From Felis catus (lineage: Eukaryota): a stretch of DNA of 64,000 nucleotides. Made by a program: the position numbers and the translations under genes. Shown in pieces: positions 14,301-25,480 of the stretch; the stretch's first letter is position 1, and every line of letters begins with the position of its first letter. Below the pieces are notes generated by a model. That model was given only the letters and a program-made list of their open reading frames with translations, was not told the origin of the DNA and did not search any database. The stretch is from NCBI RefSeq assembly GCF_018350175.1, contig NC_058368.1, forward strand, positions 132,806,001-132,870,000. The letters run 5' to 3'.

Positions 14301-15280
14301 GGCCTAAGAGGGCCTGACGCCGCGCCTCGTACGCGAACCCCCCTCGCCGCTGCCGCCGCCGCCGGCCCCCTCCCCGCAAGGCCCCGGGCCCACCGCCCCC
14401 CGCCGTCCCCCGCCGCAGCCGCCGCCGACGTCTGCCCGCGCCGCCCCCGCGCGCGGTGACTGGCTCGCGCCGGCCTCCAGCCCGGCAGTTGGCGGTTGAG
14501 GCGAAGCCGGCGGGAGGCCGCCCCGCCCCCGCCAAGAAGCAGTCGCGCGCAGTCTCTTCCCCCTCACCGCTGGGGCGGTGGCGCTGTTGCCGCCGCGGCC
14601 TGTGAGGCAGTAACTCCCCTCCGCCCCAGCTCCCTTCCTCCTCCTTTCTCTCCTCTCTCTCCCTCCCCTCCCACCCCTCCCCTCCCCTCGCAGTCTCTCG
14701 CTCGAGTGAATGTGGCGCGGCGGCGCGGGACGCAGCCTCGGCCCCTGCCGCGGCCCCGCAAGCTCGTGAGGAGACCCAGCCGCCGCCTGCCCCCACCTCC
14801 TGCGCTTCCCCGGGGAGCCACCGTCGCCGGGGAAGAAGAACGAGGAGGGGAGCGAAGGGACGGCGGCGGGAAAACGGGAGAGGGAGGAGAAGAGGGTTCG
14901 AGGGCAAGCAGGAAAGGCGGGGAGGGACGGACGGAAGAACGGACGGCCCGACAGACTGCCCGGGGAGGGGGCCGCCTTCGAGCTTGCCCGGCCCCTCGGC
15001 TCCGGCCCCGGGCGGCCGCGGCGGCGACGGCGGCGGCGCGGGCGAAGGGCGCGGCTGGCTCTATCGAGACAATAACCCCGCCGCCCGGCTCTGGGGGCGG
15101 CGGCGAGGAGGAGCTGGCGGCCTAGCGCGGCCGAGGCTCGCCCAGCGCCCCGGCGGCATCTTGGCCCCTGCCGGCCGGGTTCCGCCGCCGTCGGGTGTGC
15201 GGGGCGCGCCGGGCGCCCGGAGCCCGAGGCTCTCGGCTGAGGCCCCGTGCCCTCCCCCTCCTCGGCGCGCGCGGAGCTGG

Positions 15281-15371
15281 TTTTCCGGGTTCCCCTGGAC
15301 CGAGCTGGATTCTGCTTCTGCGCCAAGGCAGGAAGTGAGTTTCGCACGGTAATTCCGGGCGGTGTCACGAG
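15281..15371. promoter_or_regulatory. Proximal promoter motif cluster (ETS-like, GC box, E-box-like)
   Basis: TTTTCCGGG at 15281, CAGGAAGT at 15329-15336, ATTCCGGG at 15352, GGGCGG at 15357 and GTCACGAG at 15364, just upstream of the inferred exon 1. Motif match only. Confidence 0.5.
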
Positions 15372-15376
15372 TGAAA

Positions 15377-15620
15377 AGTTTTTTTTCGGCGGAGATCCTA
15401 GTTGGGGCTGGGAAACTCCTGCATAACTCGAGACCAGGAAACCGGCGCGTTTCCCAACCCCCTCCAAAGCCACCTACTCGTCCTACTGCGGGAGGCCACT
15501 CCACATCCGCTCTCACCGGAGAGAGAAATTCGGCTGGATCCAAAGTGACTAATGAAGGGAAGGAAATCATGTCAGGCGAAGCCTTGAAAAAGCTGCCCTG
15601 AGACACTGCCCGACCGAAAG
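15377..15620 (+). other. ERBIN: ERBIN 5'UTR exon 1 (TSS approximate)
   Basis: Lies at the 3' edge of the CpG island and ends in donor AAG|gtaatt at 15620/15621. Resembles the recalled ERBIN mRNA 5' end. The start coordinate is an estimate. Confidence 0.78.
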
Positions 15621-18600
15621 GTAATTTTCACGAAAAGCGTGTAAGAGTTAAAAGGCTCTTGGGCCGGGAAAGAGAGAATACTTTAGTGTTTCTCACTTCT
15701 TCCCAAATTGCCCTAGATTAATCTTTTGTAGTGTCGGACTGGATAGTCTTTCAGGTGCTAAAGAGTGGAACTGATTTTTCCTCCTTTCTACCATCTGGAC
15801 TCTGGTTACTTTAGAAGAGATCGTAAGAATGTGGTGAGACGAAAAGTTTTGAGCAATCGGAAGAAAGAGTGCCTTTGTTCAGCACTAGGTCCAGAAGTTT
15901 TAGTTTCCTAGAACATACGCGATGTATAGTTTTTATTTATTAAGTTGCTGAACCTGGCAACTTGTGTTTTGGAAAAAAGTTAGGTCTCTGCAGCGACGGA
16001 TTTACTGTTGATGAGATGGCTGCCACATTTGTTTATCCTGTTACCGATTATCTGACTTTTGCGTTAATTATATATATAGTTGTTTTAGTTTCAGCCCTTA
16101 GAGATGTATTTGGTTGGATTTTATAAACAAATGAACTTTGCTATTCTTTGTGTTTTTTTAGGTGGATAATGTATTTCTTCAGTAACTGGTTCCTTTCAGA
16201 CACTTACAGTCATATAATACTTGTTTGGTTAATTAATCGAAAGCAAGCGTCTGCTTAATTTTTCTTATAACTGACCTAAGTAGGAGTAGGGGAGAGTAGT
16301 TAAGTATTACGGATGGAGTTATAATTAAAGAACAAAGTAGTTTGATCTGTTAGGGTTTCTCTGCAGTTAAGACCAGAATGTATAGAAAGGGAAGTAAAAT
16401 GCTTAAAACGATTTTCATGGGAGTCATATTGATTGTAATAAACATCTGTCCTTTTTGAATAGTACAGTGTTTACATTTTGGTATTGGCCCAAATGTTTTG
16501 GCCGGTTCTGCCTAATAAGTGATAGGTACCTACTCTGGGGGCAGGAATTAGTGAAGCATGGGAGACATTCCGCCAGTCAGTTACAAACACTTCTAAACCA
16601 ATCGGTAGTCTTTATAGATAAAACGGAGTTTCTTCGCAACAAACACAATTGGCTTCTTTATTGGTGTTTTGTTAGGCTTATATTTTTTTTTTCTCAGTAC
16701 TTTTGTGGTAAAGGAGGTGTAATACTGTGCTTTTGAATAAGTATTGAATACGTCTGGCATCCTGTTGGTAATTATATTTCAGCTATAAATTAATATCTAG
16801 TTTGCTCATGCTACCCCATGAAAAATAGTTGGCATTCTTTAGTTCAGAGAAAAGATAGCTTTGGAGAGCAGGATCAAATAATTTCACAACTTGTTATTAT
16901 GTTAAGTACATTTCAAAATGGGAGTCTTTTGACTATCTGTTAATATATATTGTGATTTTGTTCCCCCAGAGTGTAGTCTCTGGAGATCCTTTATAAAAAT
17001 TTATTGTTTGTTTTATTTATTTGTATTGGTAAGATTGTGAACCATCAGGTCATTCCTGTTAGGTCCAAGTAGCTTTATCAAGGAATTTAAAGTGTATAAC
17101 TGATCTGCTTTATAATTTTGGAACGTAATGTTAGGCAAGGAGAGAGGTTATTCTTGGGCATCTGAAAGAGCAGAAGAAAATAGATGGCATTGAACTTCAT
17201 TTTCCTTATATGGCTTATACTTGGCCTCAGAGCAACAGAGCCTTAATAGAGCAAGTCTTTTATAGAGAATTATCACTTTGTGAAGATGTTTCTCTGCATT
17301 AGTAAATTTTACAAGTGAAAAGTATAGTAGCACTTGAAAATGACTGCTTAAAACCCTGTTTTTAGATCAAGTTCTTGATTTTTTTTTTTGAGGGATCAGA
17401 AGTAAGTTTAGATACAGACAGCACACTTTAAAAATGTGAAATGTTCACCTTTATAGAACCTTTGATTCCTTTTGTCCCATAAAGGCAAAATTTACTTTGT
17501 GGTTTACTGAGAATTTTGTTAGTTTAGTCCCGAATTAACTTAATGAATTTTAAGCTTTATGCTATTGTCAAAGTGTACATATTTTCAAATCCTTGTTTAA
17601 AATGTGATCATGGTGTGAAAAGAGGTTAAAGAAAGATGATAATCAGTTAAAATATTTTCAAGTGACCTTTCATTTTGAGTATTCTTCTTCGCATTCTATG
17701 GGTTTTCTTAGATTAAATTGGCAAATCTAGAGTACTTCCAAAGGTTTTGTTTACATTGCCCAAGATACATATTTCATGGCACTCTTTATAGAAGGTACTT
17801 AGGAGTTTTCAATAGTGATAAACTTAATCCTTCAACTAATTAATTCACATAGTATGAAGTCCATCTGCTATTTGAGGTGAAACTATTGCACGCTTGTATG
17901 AAAAGCTTACAGTGGTTCAAGTATGGAAACCAAATTTTTATTGCATGCTATTTCTTAAGTGATAACTAGTTAGAGAAATTATACATATATCATTAATAAA
18001 TGTCTAAATTTACTTCTTTTAATTCAATAGTGATATTGAACTCTTTGTAGTAAATGATAAAGAAACAATAATTTCAGAAAATTAGGTGCATATTTCAGTA
18101 TTTATTTTAAATGTTTATAGGTAACAATTTAGAGTCTAAGCTGTTTGGGTTTAGAATAGATTATGGCAGTGTTTACAAAGTATTTGGCTTTATGCAGAAT
18201 TTTAGTGATGTTGGATAGCAAAGTAATTTTCTTTTTTGTGAGTGCTATGTAGCCAGATTCTTTTTAAACATGCTTTGTTGCTTGCATTTTTCATTTTGAC
18301 TCTTTCCATTGCCCATCTATTTCCCTGTTAGGTGCTTTTCTTCTAAAGAGGTCTTTCTCTTTTCCTTTCCTGACAACATTAATTGTACTTGCTCTTTGCT
18401 GTTCAAAATAGATGATTCAGTTTTTGCATGTACAGTTTGCTCTTGCCATAGAAATATGTACATGAATTAGGCTCTATAATACATACTTTTGAATTTTGTA
18501 AGGAAATAAGCTCAGCACTTCTGATCCCCTGACTCCACATTTTTTGTTTCTTTCTTGGTGCCTTTCATCACTAACTCTTGACCCCATGCTACACTCATTT

Positions 18601-18846
18601 TTCAGATTTACCTTTAGCTTTCTGCTCAGTGTTATGTTTCCTAGTTGTAAAAAAGCTATTATTAGGCTTTCTTTTCTAATTTCTTTAGCTTCCTATTTTT
18701 CTGGTTCAGTTCATTGACTTCCCCTATTTTTTCCATGTTCAGCTGTTGTTTTTTGGTATGTTGTCCTTCTCCTGTTTTCTAAACTTGGAGTCCATGGTCA
18801 TCACCTAAGAAAACTGTTCACAATATAGTAGAAAAAAAATTTATTC

Positions 18847-19065
18847 GGGGCACCTGGGTAGATCTAGTTGCTTAAGCATCCTCTTGGTTTCTGCTCAGGT
18901 AATGATCTCAGGTTTAGTGAGTTCAGTTTCCGCCTCGGGCTCTGTGCTGACTGCGCACAGCCTGCTTGGGATCCTCTCTCCTTCTCTCTGCCCCTCCCCT
19001 GCTTGTGTGCTCTTTCTTTCTCTCAAAATAAATTTAAAAACTTAAAAAAAAAAAAAAGAAAAGAG
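18847..19065 (+). mobile_element. Can-SINE
   Basis: Head ggggcacctggg, CT tract and A tail. TSD-like gaaaaa(..)tttat on both sides. Confidence 0.88.
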
Positions 19066-20387
19066 AAAAAATTTATATGCCCCATTTAATTATAAGTATC
19101 TCTTTTGCATTCCTATTCGGTTTACATGCCAGTGTTTTAACCTGATGCTCATTAATATATTTTGTTTTTATTTATGTTTACTGAACTCTTTTTTTGTTTG
19201 TTTTTTGAATACCCCTGGAATTACCTGTTCAGATAACATCAGGTTAATGACTGTATTAAGACTCTGTACAAACCCCTATACCTTCTTGTTTGATTATGCT
19301 TTTGACCTCTTAAAACATACAAGCTTATATCTCTGTGTTTTTCTTCTCTGTTTTGTTCCTTTCCTTTCTGCCCTACCTCTCAAGTTAGACGTCTTTTCTG
19401 TCCTAAAATTTTGAAATTGCCTTCCTTTGTTTTTATGAAATAAGCACAGTGGAAATCTATCATCATTTAATTCTTATCACTTCAAATTTTGTTCCAGGTA
19501 CCATTGGTTGAAGCTTTATAAAGCTTGCAGGCTTTATAAATTATAGTACGTAAGACAATAGATTATCTAAAAATTAAGTTAGTAAACAATACTATCTGGA
19601 GATTATTCATGATTTTACGTATATAGAATGTAGTATGAAAAAGTAGAAAATAAGAAGACAAGTAATCAAAATAGGTGTGGTAATATTTGGGGACATCAAT
19701 TCTAGGGACATCTTTATTCAGAGCCCATTTTTGGTACGTAGTGAATGGTTTGCTGGCTTTTTGCTGTACTAGAAGGAGTGAGAAAGGCAGCCTGTGAAAT
19801 ATGACCTTTGGTGTTATCCAGAGGAGTATGAAAACGGAGAGAAGACTGAATAACTTAGGAAATAGGGTAGTCTCAGACAACTTGCTTTGGGACAGTGTGC
19901 CTTATACATTGCATTTGTCCTTTGGCAAATTCACTCTATTATAGCATAGTATAATTACAAATAATAGTAGTAGACCTAAGGCAACTGTTCAAAACTTTTT
20001 GTTCTTAGGATCCATTTATACTCTTACCAATTACTGAGAACCTCACTGAGCTTTGGTTTTTGTGGGTTATATTTATTTTATTTTCCATATTAGAAAATTT
20101 TAAATATCAGTTTGTTTAAAAACCATAAACCATTACTTGTTATGATGACATCAATTTAATAAAATAAAACAAAACAAAACCAACTATTTTCCAAAACAAA
20201 TCTTAAGCAAAAAGAGTGACACTGTTATATATTTTTGTAAGTCTCTTAATGTCTGGTTAAGTAGAAAACAGCTTGATTCTTGTATCTACTTGTATATTCA
20301 ATCTTGTAATATGTTGTTTTGGTTGAGGTATATGAAGAAAATCCAGCATTATACAGTTATGTGGTTGGAAAAGGAAGGAGTATTTTC

Positions 20388-20628
20388 TTTTTTTTTTTTT
20401 TTATTTAAAAAAAATTTTTTTTTTTCCAACGTTTATTTATTTTTGGGACAGAGAGAGACAGAGCATGAACGGGGAGGGGCAGAGAGAGAGGGAGACACAG
20501 AATCGGAAACAGGCTCCAGGCTCTGAGCCATCAGCCCAGAGCCCGACACGGGGCTGGAACTCAGGGACCGCGAGATCGTGACCTGGCTGAAGTCGGACGC
20601 TCAACCGACTGCGCCACCCAGGTGCCCC
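20388..20628 (-). mobile_element. Young SINEC_Fc-type SINE
   Basis: CpG-rich and full length. Perfect 16-bp TSD aggaaggagtattttc at 20372-20387 and 20629-20644. Confidence 0.95.
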
Positions 20629-21299
20629 AGGAAGGAGTATTTTCATAGCCTTTTTAGATATGGTGGATATTCATTGATACCACACCAAAATTTCTTAAAG
20701 GATAGCTGCAGTGCCCATTCTGACAGTGTATCACTGAATTTTCCATATCTTGTTATCTGAAAATCCTTTGGTTTATCTTGCACTTTGAGTGAATCTTTTA
20801 CCTGTTTATGATTTTGTGACGTTGTTTGAGAAATACTGGTTCATTGAGTTATATGTGTTCCAAATGTTGATGCATTTTACTAGGTAGTAACAAACAAAAG
20901 AAAAAAATTGTTAATATCCCCACTAATTCCATCAAAAAAGTCTAGTATTGTGAAGCTGTCAAGTTCAGGGTGACAGATAAACATTTTCCACATTTCTAAA
21001 TTTTCACTTGGAAGTTTGAATATTAATCATTGGTAACAGATACTGTTAGTGTGTTTCCCTCGAAGTTGCAGGCTTAGTTGGTTTATTTTTGAGAAAATGT
21101 CTGCCAGATTCTTAAGTCTACAAGCATAGTTTTGTCATTTGTTCTTTTAGGTCAAAATGCTGTTTCATGAGAAAAAGGCTAATTTAGCTCATAATTTGAA
21201 GTAATTACATAAGTGATTTTCCTCAACATTGCCATTCCTTCACATAAAATGTGACAAAGACATCTATTAAATAGTTGAGATTTAATAAAATTATTATTT

Positions 21300-21948
21300 A
21301 AAAAATTTTTTTCTTAACATTTATTTATTTTTGAGAGACAGAGAGAGACAGAGCATGAGCAGGCGAGGGGCAGAGAGAGAGGGAGACACAGAATCCGAAG
21401 CAGGCTCCAGGCTCCGAGCTGTCAGCACAGAGCCTGACACGAGTCTCAAACCCACAAACTGCGAGTCCATGACCTGAGCCAAAGTCAGACGCTCAACCGA
21501 CTGAGCCACCAAGGCGCCCCAATAAAATCATTATTTTTAGTGTTTATTTTTTGAGAGAGAGGGAGACAGAGTGTGAGCGGGGAAGAGGCAGAGAGAGAAA
21601 AGGAGACAAAGAATCTGAAGTAGGCTTCAGGCTCTGAACTGTAAGCACAGAGTCCAATGCTGGGCTCCGACTCTTGAACTGTGAGATCATGATCTGAGCT
21701 GAAGTCGGGCACTTAACCTGTTGAGTCACCCAGCCTCCCGAAAATTATTTTTCTTAAAGTTTATTTACTTATTTTGAGAGAGAGAGAGGAGAGGGCCAGA
21801 GAGAGAGGGAGAGAGAGAGAATCCTAAGCAGGCTCTACACTGTCAGTACAGAGCTCAAGGTGAGGCTGCAACTCATGTACAGTAAGATCATGACCTGAGT
21901 GGATATAAAGAGTCTGTCGCTTAACTGACTGAGCCACTCAGGTGCTCT
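21300..21948 (-). mobile_element. Three tandem Can-SINEs
   Basis: Copies at ~21300-21520, 21535-21740 and 21750-21948, separated by repeats of aaaat(t/c)att(a/t)ttt. Confidence 0.9.
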
Positions 21949-22013
21949 GTAAAATTATTTTTTACTGCTTTATTAAAGATATTAATTGAAAGTGGCACTT
22001 AAAAAGAATCTGG

Positions 22014-22445
22014 AAATTGACTATAGAGAACAAACTGATAATACTGGAGGGGAGGTGTGGGTTAAACAGGTGGTGGGTATTAAGGACGGCACTTGGGATG
22101 AGCACTGGGTGTTATAAGTAATGAATCACTAAATTCTACACCTAAAACTAATATTTAAAAAAAATTTTTTTTAATGTTTATTTATTTTTGAGAGAGAGAG
22201 AGAGAGAGACAGCATGAGCAGGGGAGGAGCAGAGAGAGAGGGAGACAGAATCCGAAACAGGCTCCAGGCTCTGAGCTGTCAGCACAGAGCCTGACGTGGG
22301 GCTTGAACTCACAAACCGTGAGATCATGACCTGAGCCGAAGCCGGATGCTCAACCAACTGAGCCACCCAGGTGCCCCCTTAAAACTAATATTTTGCTGTA
22401 TGTTAACTAGCTGGACTTTAAATAAAAACTTGGAAAAAAAAAAAG
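22014..22445 (+). mobile_element. Carnivore L1 3'-end fragment interrupted by a minus-strand SINE (~22157-22378)
   Basis: L1 3'UTR 'gagaacaaactga...gatgagcactgggtgtt...aaattctacacctaaaactaatat'. SINE TSD taaaactaatattt. L1 TSD aaaagaa(c)tctgg. Confidence 0.8.
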
Positions 22446-22714
22446 AACTCTGGGAGTATGAAGTATTGCTTGTATAGCTTGATGCCAGTGCCTTTTCACT
22501 AAGGTGCTAGCAGTTTTACCCACCATATTTTTGCACCATTGCTGTTGATATAATGGGAAAGGGCAAATGATGTTTCAGTATTATTATGAAAGTCGTTTTG
22601 ATCTTGAAGACGCTTTGAAAGTGTCTTAGGACTTCCAAGGTCCGTGGAGCACACTTTGCACTTTGAAAACTTTAGGTGAATGTTGGGATTTATGGAGCTT
22701 TCATAACTTCTTTT

Positions 22715-22717
<3 letters not shown>

Positions 22718-22768
<51 letters not shown>
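22718..22768. repeat. (TG)n microsatellite
   Basis: About 25 uninterrupted TG units. Confidence 0.97.
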
Positions 22769-22769
<1 letters not shown>

Positions 22770-23589
22770 TGTGTGCTGGTGTTACATTCTGAAAGAATCC
22801 TGAGGCTTGATATTTTAGCTCATCAATTTGGTCTTCAGTTCTTTTCAATTACTTTATGTAGTGGGGAGAATAGAGATGCTGGGGACTCTTGCTTTTTCAT
22901 AGGAGTTGATTTTTTCTTTGTAGTTTTGTTTTTGGTTTACTTGTAACCTGTTGAATCTCTGAGATAAAACTTTGTACGTGGTCTCTTTTTTTCCCCCCTC
23001 TATTAACAGTATAGGAGATTTGATCTTATTGTGCTTGGTATATCCATCCTGCTTCTGGTTTTTCCTCAAGTGTCAGAGTTTTCATTGTGGTTAAAGGTTT
23101 CTATTATGTTCCAGATTGCATGGTATTGGTCATTTCATGGTATTCTCCCAGCCCATGTAAATCCCTGTTATTCTGGCTTTGGTATATTTATTTAGGTAAT
23201 GGCTTTCTCCTTTAGGCTATGTGGGTAGCTTGTCCTCTTACACGTGTTTCCTGTCCCTCAGGGGGATAATATTCCACTGTTTTCACAATTATCCTGCCCA
23301 AGTGTCAGATCTCCCACAGTACAGAGAGCTTGCTGGAGGCCTTAACCATGCAGCTGTTCTTCTATGGTTTTATTACCTGGCTCACTGCCCAGGACACACT
23401 TCTCCTGATCCTTCTTGGTAAGGAAACTTACTCTTTTTGGAGATCCCTCTTTATGCTTCTTTTGTGTATGTGGTTCCTCATATGTGTTGTGTTCTGTTGT
23501 AATCTCCCCACCCCCATTCATTTTGGATTCTCTACAAATTCCATTCTATGTTATTATCTGTAGATATACCCCTCCCTGATACTGCTATA

Positions 23590-25480
23590 GATTTTTTGTA
23601 ATTTTTCTTTCATATTTAAAAGTTTGGAATAATGACAAATATACAGAAAAGTTGGAAACATAATACAAAGAACTTTTGTGTTCCTGAACTGTATGACAGT
23701 AAGTTGCCTACCCAGTAGTCTATTACCCCCAAATACTTTAATGTTTATTTTTTTTTTTTACAAATAGGGACATTATGCTATGTAACAACATTATAACTAT
23801 CAAAATTAGGAAGTTAACAAAGAATGCATTACTAACAGCTAAATCTCACCAGTGTCCCTCTGTCTTTTAAAGCAAACAGATCCACTTTAGAATCTTGGAT
23901 TACATTTAGTTGTCACGTCTTTAATTTCTTTTAATCCAAACAGTTTCTGTGTTTACTTTCAAGGATTTGGCACTTTTGAAGACTATAGATCTAGTTATTT
24001 TGTAGAGTTTGTGATGTCTTTATGATTAGATCTTTGATCAGATTTTCATTAGATCCTTGATTAAATTTATATTTTTATGATCAGATCTTTGGCAGGGTTA
24101 TCATGGAAGTGATGCTGTATTCTTCTCATTGCCTTTTATCAGGTAGTAGGCAATTTCAGTTTTCCTGTTATTGATGATAGTCATTGATTATGTGATTACA
24201 GTTGTAATTACCAGATACCTCCTATGTCAAGGTATCCTTTCCTCATTTGTAATTAATAAATATTTGGGGGGTAGATACTTTGGAACTATGTAAACATTTT
24301 GTTTCTTATTTTTAACTTATTTATTTAAAAAAAAATTTTTTTTTCAACGTTTATTTATTTTTGGGACAGAGAGAGACAGAGCATGAATGGGGGAGGGGCA
24401 GAGAGAGAGGGAGACACAGAATCGGAAACAGGCTCCAGGCTCCGAGCCATCAGCCCAGAGCCTGACGCGGGGCTCGAACTCACGGACTGCGAGATCGTGA
24501 CCTGGCTGAAGTCGGACACTTAACTGACTGCGCCACCCAGGCGCCCCAAACTTATTTATATCTACATGGATCATGGTTAGCTATTCCATTCTCTGGGTTA
24601 TAATCCATTATCATTTATTTTGATACTCAAATTGTTCTTGACTTGTCTAGTGAGAACCCCTTCCAGCTGGTTTATTTTACTTTTTTCCTTTTTGTTAAAC
24701 TTGCCTTCTTGAGTACTTCTTTGTATTTAGCATAATATGGTGTTCCAGAGTTACTGTTCAACTAGTGTCAGTTATTTTTAGGGGAAAATGGTACTTAGAA
24801 GCCAAGATCTTAGCAGTTGTTGTCTTCATTGCTCTTGGGGTGTTGCTGCCCTCAGGCCTTCTTCGTATATAAAGCTAGGGGATATTGTTTTCTTTTTTAA
24901 AGCTTATTTATTTATTTTGAGAGAGAGAGAGAGAGAGAGAGAATTCCAAGCGGGCTCTGCACTGTCAATGTGGAGCCTGATGCAGGCCTCGAACCCATGA
25001 ACCGTGATATCATGACCTGAGTTGAAACCAAGAGTCGGATGCCCAGCCAACTGAGCCACACAGGCGCTCCAGCTAAGGGATATTTTTATATGTATACACA
25101 TATACATTCACATTTAGCATATATTTCTTTTTTTTTTTTAAGTTTTATTTATTCATTTTGATAGAGAGGGTGCGAGTGAGGAAGGAGCAGAGAGAGGGAG
25201 AGGGAGAGGGAGAGAATCCCAAGCAGTCTCCACACTCAGTACTGAGCCTGATATGGGGCTCAAATTGATAAACGGTGAGATCATGACCTGAGGTGAAATC
25301 AAGATTTGCCTGCTTAACTGACTGAGCCACCCAGGTACTCCACGAGTATATTTCAATAAATGTAAAATGATTTCTTAATAATACATCCAATTCTAATTCA
25401 ACGCAACAGGGTTCATTTCTTATGTTTTCCCTTTCCATAGTTGAATTTATCTTTGACACTGAGAACTAGTTTTGTTTCTA
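23590..25480 (-). mobile_element. Ancient L1M 3' region with three nested minus-strand SINEs (24326-24547 young, 24895-25069, 25128-25341)
   Basis: Degenerate L1MC/MD-like sequence ('aatatacagaaaagttgga', 'taataaatatttggggggtagatactttg'). The young SINE has TSD aacttatttat. Confidence 0.6.

Larger units (their letters stand above)
13800..15650. promoter_or_regulatory. CpG island / ERBIN promoter
   Basis: Abrupt GC- and CpG-rich domain (core ~14170-15400) in otherwise AT-rich, CpG-depleted DNA. Several GGGCGG/CCGCCC boxes and GCC/GGC runs. Confidence 0.93.
19982..22672. mobile_element. hAT-Charlie DNA transposon (Charlie1a-like) with nested insertions
   Basis: The left end 'caactgttcaaaactttttgttcttaggatccatttatactctt' and right end 'ttattatgaaagtcgttttgatc...ggtccgtggagcacactttg' resemble the Charlie1a termini. 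About 1.3-1.4 kb remains after removing the nested SINEs and L1. Confidence 0.7.

Noticed and set aside
13802..15606. Long overlapping ORFs of up to 389 aa on both strands
   Set aside because: These are low-complexity Ala/Gly/Pro/Arg translations, mostly with non-ATG starts. They are expected from stop-codon scarcity in a CpG island and show no recognisable domain.
21286..21962. Short motif recurring at ~220-bp spacing, superficially array-like
   Set aside because: The intervening units are SINEs and the motifs are target-site duplications, not a CRISPR or satellite array.
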